A stretch of DNA of 63,762 nt, counting the filler, from Pelomyxa schiedti (taxonomy: Eukaryota; Protista; Evosea), in assembly GCA_020536535.1 (NCBI GenBank). It is 14 parts of 14 records of this genome, joined end to end, with 100 filler letters (N's around TTAATTAATTAA, not from the genome) between each part and the next. Parts side by side here need not be neighbours in the genome. Positions count along the whole stretch, not along the records: positions 11,244 to 12,437 come from JAHLWZ010002715.1; positions 12,538 to 19,690 come from JAHLWZ010001375.1; positions 19,791 to 23,221 come from JAHLWZ010000447.1; 11 more parts are not named here. The stretch is one strand, 5' to 3'. Positions 11,200 to 23,321 of the stretch are shown here, piece by piece. Each line of letters starts with the position of its first letter. The first letter of the stretch is position 1. The notes beneath the pieces were generated by a model. That model did not search any database, was not told the origin of the DNA, and saw only the letters and a program-made list of their open reading frames with translations. A program made the translations under genes and the position numbers.

Positions 11200-11727
11200 N
11201 NNNNNNNNNNNNNNNNNNNNNNNNNNNNNNNNNNNNNNNNNNNAATTTCATTCAAAATAATTACGTTTTCCGACCCACGCAGTTGCCCCGGTTCCGAATT
11301 ATTAACGGCCCTATTTTGCCTTTATAAACACAACCAACTAGACGAGGCAAAACAAAAGAAAAACAAACAACAAACCAAACAACCAAAAAAAGATGAAGCA
11401 ACAACACACGCCACGCAACGAGAGCAAGAGGCACGACGACACCGGTGGGAAGCTGTGGAGGTGGCGGTGGCGGTCACGACGACGAGGACGCGCAGCACGC
11501 CACGACTACGAGGACAAGGCGGACTCTCTGGCGCGGCGAGGCACGCAGTCGAGGGAGCGCGGCGCGGAGCACGACGACGACTCGACACGAGGGCACGAGG
11601 GGAAAAAAAAGTTCACCATGGCGCACTGTTGCGTGTGTAAATTTCGAAACAAATTAAAGTAATTTTTTTTTTTTATATCTATCATCTGTTCTGTTAGTTA
11701 TATTTGTATATATAATGTACACGTATA

Positions 11728-12390
11728 TTGTGCCATTCAACCAGTTGTTGTTTGGTTGTATAATGATCTCGTATTTTGTATTGTGCTCCCAGTTCCTTAC
11801 GGAATTGGGGGTTTGTACCATTCAACCAGTTGTTGTTTGGTTGTATTATTATCTCGTATTGTGCTCCCAGTTCCTTCCAGAATTGGGGGTTTGTGCCATT
11901 CAACCAGTTGTTGTTTGGTTGTATTGTGCTCCCGATTCCTTACGGAATTGAGGGTTTGTGCCATTCAACAAGTCAAGTTGTTGTTTGGTTGTATTATTAT
12001 CTCGTATTTTGTATTGTGCTCCCAGTTCCTTACGGAATTGGGGGTTTGTGCCATTCAGCAAGTTGTTGTTTGGTTGTATTATTATCTCGTATTTTGCATT
12101 GTGCTTCCAGTTCCTTACGGAATTGGGGGTTTGTACCATTCAACCAGTTGTTGTTTGGTTGTATTATTATCTCGTATTGTGCAGTACACTGTTTACGTAA
12201 AACTCTCTCTGATTCTCAATCACAAACACCGCCACACTCTCCCTCACTCTACAACCTCCTCTCTCTCTCTTCATCTTCTCTATTGTACTGTACTCCCGAT
12301 TCCATGTAGTTTTCTGGAATTGGGGGTTTGTGCCATTCAACAAGTCAAGTTGTTGTTTGGTTGTATTATTATCTCGTATTGTGCTCTCTG
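11728..12390. repeat. Tandem minisatellite, ~7 units of 65-90 bp with an internal hairpin
   Basis: Unit TTGTGCCATTCAACCAGTTGTTGTTTGGTTGTATTATTATCTCGTATTTTGTATTGTGCTCCCAGTTCCTTACGGAATTGGGGGT starting at ~11728, 11813, 11891, 11956, 12046, 12131, 12328. Confidence 0.95.
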
Positions 12391-12537
12391 GAATTGATCT
12401 GGAATTCACTCGTTTTCACGTGCTGTTGCAACCCTTCNNNNNNNNNNNNNNNNNNNNNNNNNNNNNNNNNNNNNNNNNNNNTTAATTAATTAANNNNNNN
12501 NNNNNNNNNNNNNNNNNNNNNNNNNNNNNNNNNNNNN

Positions 12538-12659
<122 letters not shown>

Positions 12660-12747
12660 ACGTGGTTTTTTTTTTTTTTTTGAATCACAAACATGTGACA
12701 CGTGGAATTTTTTTGGAACCACATTTACCACTCAAAACGACACACAG

Positions 12748-14487
12748 GGGGACACATTGAGATGGCAAAGGAGCTTGTTGAGGGAGGTGACATACCGTGG
12801 AGTGGATGCAGACTGCTGAGGTGGCCGGTAAATGATCCTGATGTGCTTGATGACATCAGAGCAATCCAGTGTCATTGCCGCGGGTATTCACACAGCCTGT
12901 TGTATGACGCATGTAAAGGTGGCAACTTGGACGTGGTGAAGTGGGTGATAAAGAGGTTCCACAGTTCTGGGTTTGAGTCATGGGAACTTCCGATGCCGTT
13001 CCGTGTGGCACTGAGGGAGGGCCACTTAGATGTGGTGGAGTGGATGGCGTCTTCGACTGATGTTGTTGGTGTGTGCAGAGCAATGGTCAATGATAAAGTT
13101 CATCTGTGCAATCTGGGGCACTTCATTGGCAGCCCCAGCTTTGAAGTTATCCAGTTATGCACAGAGTTGTTCTGTGGTGGTGATGAATGCCCACCGGAAC
13201 TGGCTGGTTGGACAGCACTGAAGAGTTTTGTTGAACACAACTCCATGTCTTCATCGTCATCATTGAATGAAGCTGATTTAGAAGAAGTGTGTAATTGGAT
13301 CAAGAAAAGATTTGCCCTGAAAACACCACCCAAGGGCTACCACTTGGACAATGCCGCGGCCATCAAGTGTTCCATAAAAAGCTTTTGGGTTCAACCAAAA
13401 CCGCGGTATCTACGTGATGCCTGTATGCGAGGAGATGAAGACCTCATTGAGTGGTTGATGGCTAACTTCAGTGAAAGTGTTGGGGCTGTCACACCTGACA
13501 CCTTCATCAACGTATGTGCAAACAAGAGGGACAGTGTGTCTTTTCTGAAGTTCTTGTTGCCTAAAACAAAACCACTCCTCACCCGGAAACAACGCAATGA
13601 GTGCCTTGCCTCATCTCTTTCGCACAACAACACATCAGTTGCAGACTGGCTGGATAATATCTTCCACCTCATGGATAAAGTGAACGCCAGTCCAACTGTG
13701 ACCAATGAAGTGTTGCTGAGTCTCTTCTCCCGAAAATGGATCGATGGTACTGCTGGAATCCAGTGGTTCCTGTCACACTGTGTGCTCACCAACATCAGGG
13801 AAGGAGTTGTGAGCAAAGGGGTTGAGGATCTTTTGCACCGGGGATGTATTTCCTCTGCAATTATCTTGCTGGATACATTTGATCTTCCTCCAATTGGCGA
13901 CTGTTACAATTGGATTTCCAATCTCAGTGTTTTGCAGGCCAAGGAAGTTCTGTCCCGTGGCAAGTTCTCCATGGAGCGCATTGTAGATACTTTCTCAGCT
14001 TGTGAATCGCCCCAGTCAGGAAAAGTTGTCAATTGGTTTGTTCAACAGTTTCATTTGGACGAATCAGAGAAAGTGACAATTGACAACCTGCTCATTGAGC
14101 TGATGGCAAGCAACAAAAGAAGCTGTGTGGAGTGGTTGATCCGCAAATTCCATGTGACCTTGACCCAGGTTTGCGAAAAAAACACACAACACCTCAATCA
14201 CACAACTGATGACAAAATGACCTCACCTCACAACAACGCAACAACAGTTTGGAAGGATTTATGACGGCAGAGAGTTCAACCCAAAGATCAGCATCGAGAC
14301 ATGGAAAATGCTTATGCGAGTGTTCCCTGAGATGACAGCCTCGTTTGCCATGGAACACTTCAGGGAGGCGGTCACCCTCACCCCACTTCACATCCAGGCT
14401 TCAATGAAATCACTGGGAATCACTCAGGCTCAGGTCTCAGATTATGAGAACAACATGTGGGCACCATGGTTCTGGTACCCAATTTGA
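12748..14487 (+). CDS. Lineage-specific degenerate ankyrin-like repeat protein, paralog 1 (5-prime truncated; intron 14169-14247)
   Basis: GGHIEMAK, ACKGGNLDVVKW, WELPMPF..ALREGHLDVVEW, SGKVVNWFV, CVEWLIRKFHVTL, TWKMLMRVFPEMTA. Confidence 0.85.
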
Positions 14488-14700
14488 CCTACCCTCTGCG
14501 CGTTTGGTATGATAACGAAGAAGTAACTAATTGAAAGAAAATAAATATGCGTTCCAGTCCTTTGATTATTTTACGATGTTGTTATGACAAGGAACACGTG
14601 GTTCTTGTTGCTGTATTGTGCGCCCAGTACATTGTGTACCAATCACTGTCGTATTATGATGAAAGTGCCACATAGGAAGGAGGTTTACAAGTTTTTTTTT

Positions 14701-16330
14701 TTAAAAGAAGGCACTGCCCATGATGATTGGTTGTTCTTGTGTGGGTGGGGTTGTTGTGCCCTGCTGGTTGGTACCAAAGGCAGATGTTCCCCACACTATG
14801 TCAGCACTGTTACTGAGCGGTGTGCTGGAAGCTGATGCTGAGGTTGTTGTTGTTGTGGTGGCGATTGTGGTGGGAATGCTTGTTGGAGTGTTGGAGGGGG
14901 ATGTGGGGCCAATGGTGGTGATGGCCGGCTCAACCTTGGAGAAGTCGAAGCTGTCAAAGTTGGCAAAGGATGCAGACTGCGAAGGCATTGGAACGGGAGA
15001 TGTGGGAATCGGCTGTGTGTGGTGCTGTTGTTGCAGTGCTTGTTGTTGCTGCTGGAGGGTTTGCTGCTGTTGCTGGATGAGGACCTGTTGCTGCGCGATC
15101 TGTTGTTGCATTTGCTTCTGCTGCTGTTGCAACTGGTGTTGCTGCTGCTGAAGCTGTTGCTGCAAATTTTGCTGCATATTCTGTTGCTCTTGAATTTGCT
15201 GTGCCTGTAAAAAAAACAAGTCAGTGGGAGTGGCTGTCTGCTGCAACAAAGGGTTTTACCGTTGGATACAGCGGCTTTGCATCTGGTGGTGGCATAACAG
15301 GTATAATCGGGGTTGCGAGGGCACCAGGTTGTGTGAGTACAATCGGCATTGCCGGAGGAAGTCCGGGTGGGGTGCCTGATACCTGGATTGTGGTGCCTGA
15401 AGTTGGCGGAGTGTATTGAAGCACTTGCGCCGAGCCCCCACGAATCTGAGCAGCTGCAAAAAATGTCAGAAATTCACTGCAATTAATAACCTTATTAATT
15501 GGGTGAAATACCAAATGCGGCGGCTTGGCTACTTGGCTGTCAGTATTTAAATGAGGAAATGGTGAGTAGAGAGCAAGCGGTACATACAACGAGAAATGCG
15601 GTATACCCGGGTGGAATAGTGATAGTTTGCGGTAGTGCAGGCGGGTAATAGACATTGGGAGGCTGGACTGCAGTTGTTGATGCCGGTGGAAGTGTTTTCA
15701 GTTGTGGCATTGTAAATGCTTGCACATTCCTGTCGGCGCTAGGAAGTTGGGGAAGAACTGGGGGGTTCACTGTACTGCGTGTACTACTGGAAGTTGAAAC
15801 ACTCGAACTCACAGCTGGTGAGCTTCCAGTCCGCTTGTGTGTATAACTGATTGGTTCCGATGATGAAATACTTCTGCCAGCCAGTCGACCTTGGTGATCC
15901 AGTATTGCTTTCATCCACTGTTCTCGTTGGGAGACAGTCCCACACTTAAATCTTAGAATATTAGCGGTACGTCTATTATTCAAGAAAGCGTACTTGTAAT
16001 CCTTTTGGTCGCAAGTTATGATAAACGAAAGTGTGGTCCTAGATACACGAGAAAGCCGGACTTGAATAGAGGCAAGTGGAACGGCAACCGATGGTCTCCT
16101 ATCCTTTCAATTGCAAAGCAAAGTGAGCTGGGGAGTTATTACTTCCACAAGTGTATTATATAGCCCAAGAAGAAGTTAGCCAGCAACAATTACCAAGGAG
16201 TCCTTGAACCAGGCAATGTGGTGTTCGTAAATAGCCAGGTACCTGGATGAGTATGTGCCCAGTGATTTTTTATACACCCAGCCAGCAACAAGTGGCCCTT
16301 TCCTACTCTGTTCCACTTCTGGATGACATG
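14701..16330 (-). CDS. PH-domain protein with P/S/T-rich and poly-Q C-terminus, multi-exon
   Basis: GPLVAGWVYKKSLGTYSSRYLAIYEHHIAWFKD ... FKCGTVSQREQWMKAI (PH beta1 to C-terminal Trp helix). Confidence 0.8.
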
Positions 16331-17087
16331 TAAGTTGCTATGTTAACTATTCACGTCGTTTTCTTGAAGAAAACCACGAAAATTAGAGAGTTGCAACTGT
16401 CACGACCTCGTTTATTGGACAGCGACATCAAAAAGATACTACTCCCCCCCCCAGCCGCTCTGTTTCTTTTTTCGCAGGGGATTCAGTGAAAGTGATGAGG
16501 AGCACACCCTGAGACTTCCAAAGTGGACGCTCTGGAGTTGCACCAACAATAAATATGGATGAGAACACTGATTTGCCCCATTCGAATCGCACCGCTGAAG
16601 ATCGTTGTTCGAACAAGGGTAAAAACAAAACGGCTGATGAATACTACAAGGTGTTGATTACACTCGCCTGTCTTCGTGTCCATCAGTGCCTTGAGTAGGT
16701 CTGACCGGAGATGCCAAGTGTTTTGTCTTGTCATTCCCTGCACATCACAACCGACCCCTGTTGTATTTTTCTGTGCTCATTGGCAATGAGTGGTGTGAGT
16801 TTATTCTTTTTTTTTTCTTTCCAGTACTGACATGACAACAAGGTGCCAAGGGACACCTTATTTTTGGCCATCACCACTCACCAATAACAGGCACACCATC
16901 CACCATCCACACTACCCTTTTCTGCCTTTCCCATAATCCCAACTGGGGAAAATTTTGTTGAGAGAACCCGGCCGCCGGCGGAGCATAAAATTGAGGGTTG
17001 GCTCACTTGATAATGGCAAAACGGTCAGAAAGGGGGGCCGTATCAACACTCCAACTGTTGAGGTGCTAGGTTCAAATCCTGGCCGGC

Positions 17088-17159
17088 AGCCACTTAGCTC
17101 AGCGGTAGAGCGTCTAACTGCAGATTCGAAGGTCCTGGGTCCGAATCCCAGAGTGGCAA
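17088..17159 (+). tRNA. tRNA-Cys(GCA)-like, probably a pseudogene
   Basis: Acceptor GCCACT/AGTGGC, D arm GCTC/GAGC, anticodon loop CT-GCA-GA (17120-17122), T stem CTGGG/CCCAG; defects: 1:72 A.A, T loop TCCGAAT, one anticodon-stem mismatch. Confidence 0.75.
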
Positions 17160-17309
17160 CGCCGTGGTGTAATTGGTAGCATTCAAACGTGCCTCACTTG
17201 ACTGCGCTCTCTCTATCCACCCTCTTGTTCAATTTTTGTTCTTGGAGTTGTAGCTGCACTTTACTTATTGTTGAGCCAATAACGCCTCTTCTTGTGTTTT
17301 ATTTGATTC

Positions 17310-18814
17310 TCACAACAAAGACCCAGCCTGGAAGAGGAACGCGGTCTGATTGAGCTTCTGGAATGACAATGAAAGTGTGACCACCACAACACCAGATTCG
17401 GCGTCTGACACCACGATGGTGTCACGACCAACAACAAACAAGAAGCCTGACCCCCCAACAACTTGAAGAGTGTCATCGTTGACCCCGCCACCACCACTCC
17501 TCTCGTGCTCGATGGTCCTCACCGGCCCCGCTGCTGTGTTCCCACATTCCCACAATTGCGTGAACGAGCGCTCCCCGTCCCCACGAGAGTGGATGCAGAA
17601 CGTGGATGTGTTCAGCTGTGACACTTCCCTCATGCCTCCGTCACACAACTGCACCACGTCGCCAGTGACGCTGTCGACGTGGAACACACAGCCGATCCGA
17701 GACTCGGCCACGATCACGCGGGTGTTGTCGGCCTTCTTCTTCATCAGCAGTGCTGTGATCCCAAACTCGTCTGCCACTTTGGGATTGGCCACACTGACCT
17801 GTGTCAAGATCTCGAGGTTCTTGGTGGCGAATGTCCTCTCGATGTCGATGACGATGAACATTCCAGAATAATCGTCGAGTCCCTTCATGTGGACAGATAG
17901 ACCCAGTTCGTTGGGCCAGTGGACGCTCGAGAACAGGTGTGACATATACCATGGGAAGCGCGAGATATCAACACATGTCCTTGTTGACCAGGGGTAAGGC
18001 GCGTGCAGGTCCAGCACCAACATTTCCTTGGAACCAAACCACACCAGCCACTTGCCCTTGGCATGCATACCACGAAATGGAAGTTGCTTATTTGTAATGT
18101 CACAGGTCCTCATCAGCAGCTTCCCTGAGTTGAGGTTATAGTGAGGGAGTGGTTTTTTTAATGTTATTATTAGACACTGTTTTAGTTGACAAGGGGGCCC
18201 AGTTCAGTACCATAACATCCTCCCCTCGTCTGATCGAAACGGCGGAGGAAGTAGCTCCTAGTACCAGAATCCCACACAACGCACGTGTCGACGTCAACCA
18301 CCACATCGCACAACGCACACGTTTCTGTAATCCGCACGTTTCCAGCCACCACGGGCCCCTGCGTGACCCCCAGCGTCCCAGGTGACACCCCAAGAGTCAC
18401 GAGCGACGCCCAGATGTACCGCTCCTCCTCCCCCTCCTCCTCATCGCCCCAGCTTCCTGTCTGGCCCACAAACGGCACCAGCATGAGCCCGAACCGCTTG
18501 GGTGGATGGGAGGGCGAGGGCAGGGCGAGGCAGTGGTCGGCGGCGATTGTGCGGGCCAGCCACGGCCCCCCACCGCCACAACCGCCACCATGGTTGTTGT
18601 TGTTGTGCCAGAGGAGGCGCGCGGGCGAAGACGCACCGCACCGGGGGTGCCACGACGTAGCGAACGCCACGAGCTGATCATGTGCGTCGAGTGCGACTTG
18701 GGAGCCAGACACAGTGAAGTGCCGATGGTTGCATCGTGCCTCCTCATCGTCGTGGTGGTGCGTGCTCAACGATGAGCCGGCGGGCCCGGTGTCGGCGTTG
18801 TTTGTTGTCATCAC
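17310..18814 (-). CDS. Lineage-specific family protein (N-terminal DAHDQLVAF..WHPRCG..SPAR motif, beta-rich C-terminus), 2 exons
   Basis: ORFs 18182-18814 and 17310-18113 separated by a short AT-rich intron. Confidence 0.7.
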
Positions 18815-19790
18815 GGGAAATTTCTCCTTCTGTGAATCACCGAAGGCGGATGATGCGACACGAGCCCAGCACCAGATCCCCTATTTGTTGGGTCTGTTAC
18901 AAGCAAACCGTTTCTGATGAGATCCTCAGCCAAGATCAAATTTGGTGCCACGATTTTGTTGCGTTTAGTACTTAGCAGGAGTGCGGACACCAAGTGGTGT
19001 TGCCTTGTGTCACTCTGCACATCGGCTTATTTGTACCCATCGAAGAGTGTCGACAACAAAACAACTGGTGTCATAAAGAGAGAGAATGAGGGTGAAGTGG
19101 ACATTCACCCTCATTCAGTGCGCCAGACTTCAGAGCAACTGTGAGCAAGGCCAAGTTCGTGTACTTTGTGGAAGTACACAAAGGCACATCAAGAAAACAT
19201 TCAACAGACTGATGAAGGGGCTTCAAAAAAGGAATACATGAACACTAAATCTAAACGAAAAGAACAGTGGTTGGAGAAGAACAGTTCGCTGTGCAGACAA
19301 TGCAGCGCTTAGTAGTAGTAGAAAAACTAGAGAACCTATTAGGAATCAAAAAAAAACCTGAAGGAAATGAGATAAACAGGGGAACATCGCAAGGCAGTTC
19401 TCAAAGGCCTGTTGGAAACCACCTTCCACTTCCCAGAAAGGCTTGAGATCTTCAAGTGGTAAGAGCTCCTGTTCATCTAAGAGACCTAAGTGAGAGAGCA
19501 ACGAAATTTGGGCCCTACAAGCTGTTACAGCTATTTCAACCATCATCGACTCAGCCTTGTCATTAGTGTCACAACCTCCATCCAGATGGGCATATCTGGG
19601 TCAAAGGGTGGCTGTTTTTTTCCCTATCACTTTCCTGTAAAAACAGCCACCCAGTGGCTGTTTTAATAAGGAAAAAAAAAATAAAAACAGNNNNNNNNNN
19701 NNNNNNNNNNNNNNNNNNNNNNNNNNNNNNNNNNTTAATTAATTAANNNNNNNNNNNNNNNNNNNNNNNNNNNNNNNNNNNNNNNNNNNN

Positions 19791-21847
19791 CCGTGACAAT
19801 GTGCATGAAGCTTTCGGTGTCTCTCACAACGTCAGCTGTGATTTCTGGGAACTGTCTCAGCAACATCCTCCACGTTCTCAGGCTGACTGATTGCCATGTG
19901 TGATACGTTTTTGCCATCTCCATCACCTTGTTTGGTTGTATTTGTAAGTTTAGAAAGAATCTGAAAAAAAGAACAAGATACAACCTCATGGAACGTGATG
20001 TGGAATTTTGTGATGATCCACTCAGCACAGCTTGTCTTGGAGTGTCTGATCAAACTGTACAGAGTCTGGTTGTTGTTCTGTGTGACTTGGTCTCTTGTCA
20101 GGTTGAAACTCTCAATCAACCACTTCACCACCCTGCTGGATGAGCAGACTGAATATGGTTGAAAGGACTCTGCCACTTCTGACTGTGAGAACTGGCCAAG
20201 TGCAGCCATCTTCTGTGCTGAGGCCAGGTCTGATCGTGGAAGACATCCCAGCACTTTTTTCCACATCTTTGCTGTGTTTGTGTCATGTGGGAGGTGAAAT
20301 GTCTCCAGCAAGTACAGTGCCCCTCTGATGTTGTCAAGCTTCAAGCACTCCAGGATTGCTTCTGTCACTTCGTGCTGCTCAATGAGTTCCACATGTGGAA
20401 CCCGGTCAAAGATCCATTTCAGGGCTTCTGGGCCCTCAGTGTATTGAGTTGCACATGAAAGAGTGATGCCTCCTGTTTGGGTTAGATGATAAGTGTGATC
20501 CAACCAGTCAGCAACTGCAAAATTTCCCACGGATAGTGCCTTCATGATTGAATTTTCAATCTCCTTTGGTGGAAGACTCTTTGCTCTCTGAATCATGACT
20601 TTCACCACTTCAACACTATCTTTTTGGTTTTGGAAAACATCATCAAAGCATTCAGGAAGAGGCACATTGAAACTGTCAATGAGCCACTCAATGAGATTGG
20701 CATCACAGATGTGCCTGTAAGCACACAACAAACAGAAATTTTTGGTAAAAACCTTTGTTGTTGCATCAGGTCTCACCAAACCACTTTCAATGAGCCACCT
20801 CAATGTCTGTTGGTTGTCAACTTGGATATACTCTGTTCCCAGCTTCCATTCTGGGAACTTGTTTGAAACCCAATTGCACCCTTCAATTTTTTCCTCTGTT
20901 GTACTGTCTCCTTCCAGAAGGCCTCTATAACCAGCTTCCGGGTCTGTCATGTGGAACACATCATCGCACCACTTCATCACCTCCAAGTTCCCACAGTACA
21001 CTGTAAAGTTGGATCCATACAACACACTCGAAGCCAGCCTCATGTCAAAGCGCCACGCAAGCCACTGAGCCACACCAAGGTGCCCACCCTCCAGTGCTGC
21101 GACAAATGGCTGGCACAGCTCCCACTCCTTCACACCAAACCTCGTGATGATCCACTTGGCAACGTCCAAGTGGCCTGCCTTACAAACACAACACAGCAGC
21201 GTACTTGTGTCTTCAACCTCGTTGTCATACACAAGATCCCTCACCATAAAATCATTGTCATTCTTGAGATCACCAGCACCACCCAGCCACTTTATCCCAC
21301 AATCCTCCCACCACACCCTCCTCTCCCTTTTTTCGTCCGGGGAATCGCAACAGCGCGGGCCGTCGACGAGCCTCTGGGCAGCGGCCAGGTGTCCGCCCAC
21401 GCACAGCCCCCACAGCACCCCCACCGCCTCCCTCTCCTCGTTCCTCCCCCCGCCGCCCCTCCCCACCCTCCCTGCTCCTCCTCCGGCGCCACCGTTTTTG
21501 TTCAGGAGCAACCACGAGGCACACCTTCCGCGCTCGCCGTCCGCGCCACCCGCGTCCGCGGCGCACTCGAGGGCGAAGTAAGAGGAGCGGCGCCGCCACC
21601 ACAGCGTGCCGAGCACCGCGTGGCAGGCCCGCGGGACCAGCGGGAACATGGCCTCGGCAACTCGCATCACCGCCACGCAGTCGCCCCTCGTGGTGGGGGG
21701 GTGGTGCCACCCGCCGCGGCCGTCGACGCGCCGCGCGGGCCTGGGAACCAACACGGGGACCACGTGGTCCCACACGACTCGCGACATCATCAGCAACCTG
21801 CCCACTCCTTCTCCCTTCGGTGTTGTAGTTGTCATGGAAGTAGTCAT
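19791..21847 (-). CDS. Ankyrin-like family paralog 2 (intron 19927-19984; 3-prime end cut by contig)
   Basis: MMSRVVWDHVV, AEAMFPLVPRAC, YFALECA, GLCVGGH, VCKAGHLDVAKW, WELCQPF, SKTSCAEWIITKFHIT, TWRMLLRQFPEITA. Confidence 0.88.
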
Positions 21848-22043
21848 TGCGAGCCGGTGCGAAGTAGATGGATCTTTTAAAGGTTACCGTATGTTTGGAA
21901 ACCTTCGTTCTGAAAAACTTTCGTCGCCGAAAACTTTCGTTGCTGAAAACTTTGGCGTCTCAGCACCAGGGACGAAAGTTTTGGCAAGCATTTTCGCGGC
22001 GGATAGATCTGTGGATAGATCGAGACGGATAGAAAATCAAAAT

Positions 22044-23221
22044 ATGAGCACCGCCTTGGTTGTCCGTCGGCAACAGTGCACGTTGTTGGATATGTGGTCC
22101 AGTCCGGTGCACTCGGAAAGCTTTGCCGAAGTGTCTCTCGACACTCTTAAGAAATCGGCGGAGGTGTTTGGAATGGACCAAAAAAAAGCGGCAATAATAA
22201 TCCACACAGCACAAGTTTGGGACCAGGCAAGGCCTTCTAAATACCAAAAGGTATCACATTACAGGCACTATTGTCCTGTTCACTAACTTATGGAGGTTCC
22301 TAAGGACACACAACTCGAAATTGTGAAAACAATTGTGAACTCTCATTGCCTTACAATTCCAGAGGTTTAGCGTTGTTTTTCTTTTTTTTTTTTTTTTTTG
22401 AGTTGATACAATAGTAGTTTCTGCACTCTTCTCCTCTTGTTAGGCAATTTATTTTACCTGCAACAACAATTCGAACTTGACTAAGTACAAGAAACTGCTG
22501 CTCAAGTACTGGTTTTCAGAGAGCCCATGACAATATTGAACTTTGTGCAGCCGGCAAAGGAGACCAGTTGCAGGTTTTAATCCATTGCCACAAACCTGNN
22601 NNNNNNNNNNNNNNNNNNNNNNNNNNNNNNNNNNNNNNNNNNNNNNNNNNNNNNNNNNNNNNNNNNNNNNNNNNNNNNNNNNNNNNNNNNNNNNNNNNCC
22701 CATGACAATATTGAACTTTGTGCAGCCGGCAAAGGAGACCAGTTGCAGGTTTTAATCCATTGCCACAAACCTGACTTACCTAATGTAGATGGGCCGGCAT
22801 ACAACTGATGAACCTAGGGCACCACTCCTAACCGTACAACCTCCACACCTCCCTCAACCATTTCCACAACTTCCGCACCTCCTTTACTGACTCCAATAAC
22901 CATTTCCGCAACTTCCGCTTCTCAGTCGATGGACTCGGCCCTAACACAACAGCTGTCTCCCATAGTGCGTTATTTTCTCCACTTTTGGAATCGCTATTAA
23001 CACAAATCTCCACAGCCTGTTGTTGTATGCCCAGCACCTGTAGTTTCCATACTGACTGATCCTGTGTGAATACTAGTGTTTGGATTACCTTCTTACATCC
23101 AACAGGGAAGAATTCTACCGATGGGTACTTCTCTCATGGCAGCGATGACGATGGATACTCTTCCCATGGAAGTGGAATGGACAATCCCAGCCCCATGCTT
23201 CCTCCGCTTTCTGCCACCGAT
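22044..23221 (+). CDS. Hypothetical multi-exon protein, partial
   Basis: MSTALVVRR.. exon followed by GT..AG-bounded exons; 22524-22598 duplicated at 22699-22773 across a gap. Confidence 0.4.
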
Positions 23222-23321
23222 NNNNNNNNNNNNNNNNNNNNNNNNNNNNNNNNNNNNNNNNNNNNTTAATTAATTAANNNNNNNNNNNNNNNNNNNNNNN
23301 NNNNNNNNNNNNNNNNNNNNN

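Noticed and set aside
11144-11243. Recurrent TTAATTAATTAA palindrome as a biological motif
   Set aside because: Always embedded in N runs; concatenation linker. Gene adjacency across linkers is meaningless
11728-12390. CRISPR array (repeats with hairpin)
   Set aside because: No unique spacers, units are contiguous copies, no cas genes, eukaryotic context
11694-12409. Overlapping repetitive ORFs in the minisatellite
   Set aside because: Unit lengths (85, 78, 65, 90, 85) are mostly not multiples of 3; ORFs are by-products
16757-16891. Imperfect fold-back upstream of the tRNA-like cluster
   Set aside because: Needs large indels to pair and only short stems are perfect; too weak to call
20951-22286. 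Long antisense ORFs over GC-rich 5-prime exons (also 26484-27276, 39602-40111, 41114-41721)
   Set aside because: Stop-poor shadow frames of GC-rich coding DNA
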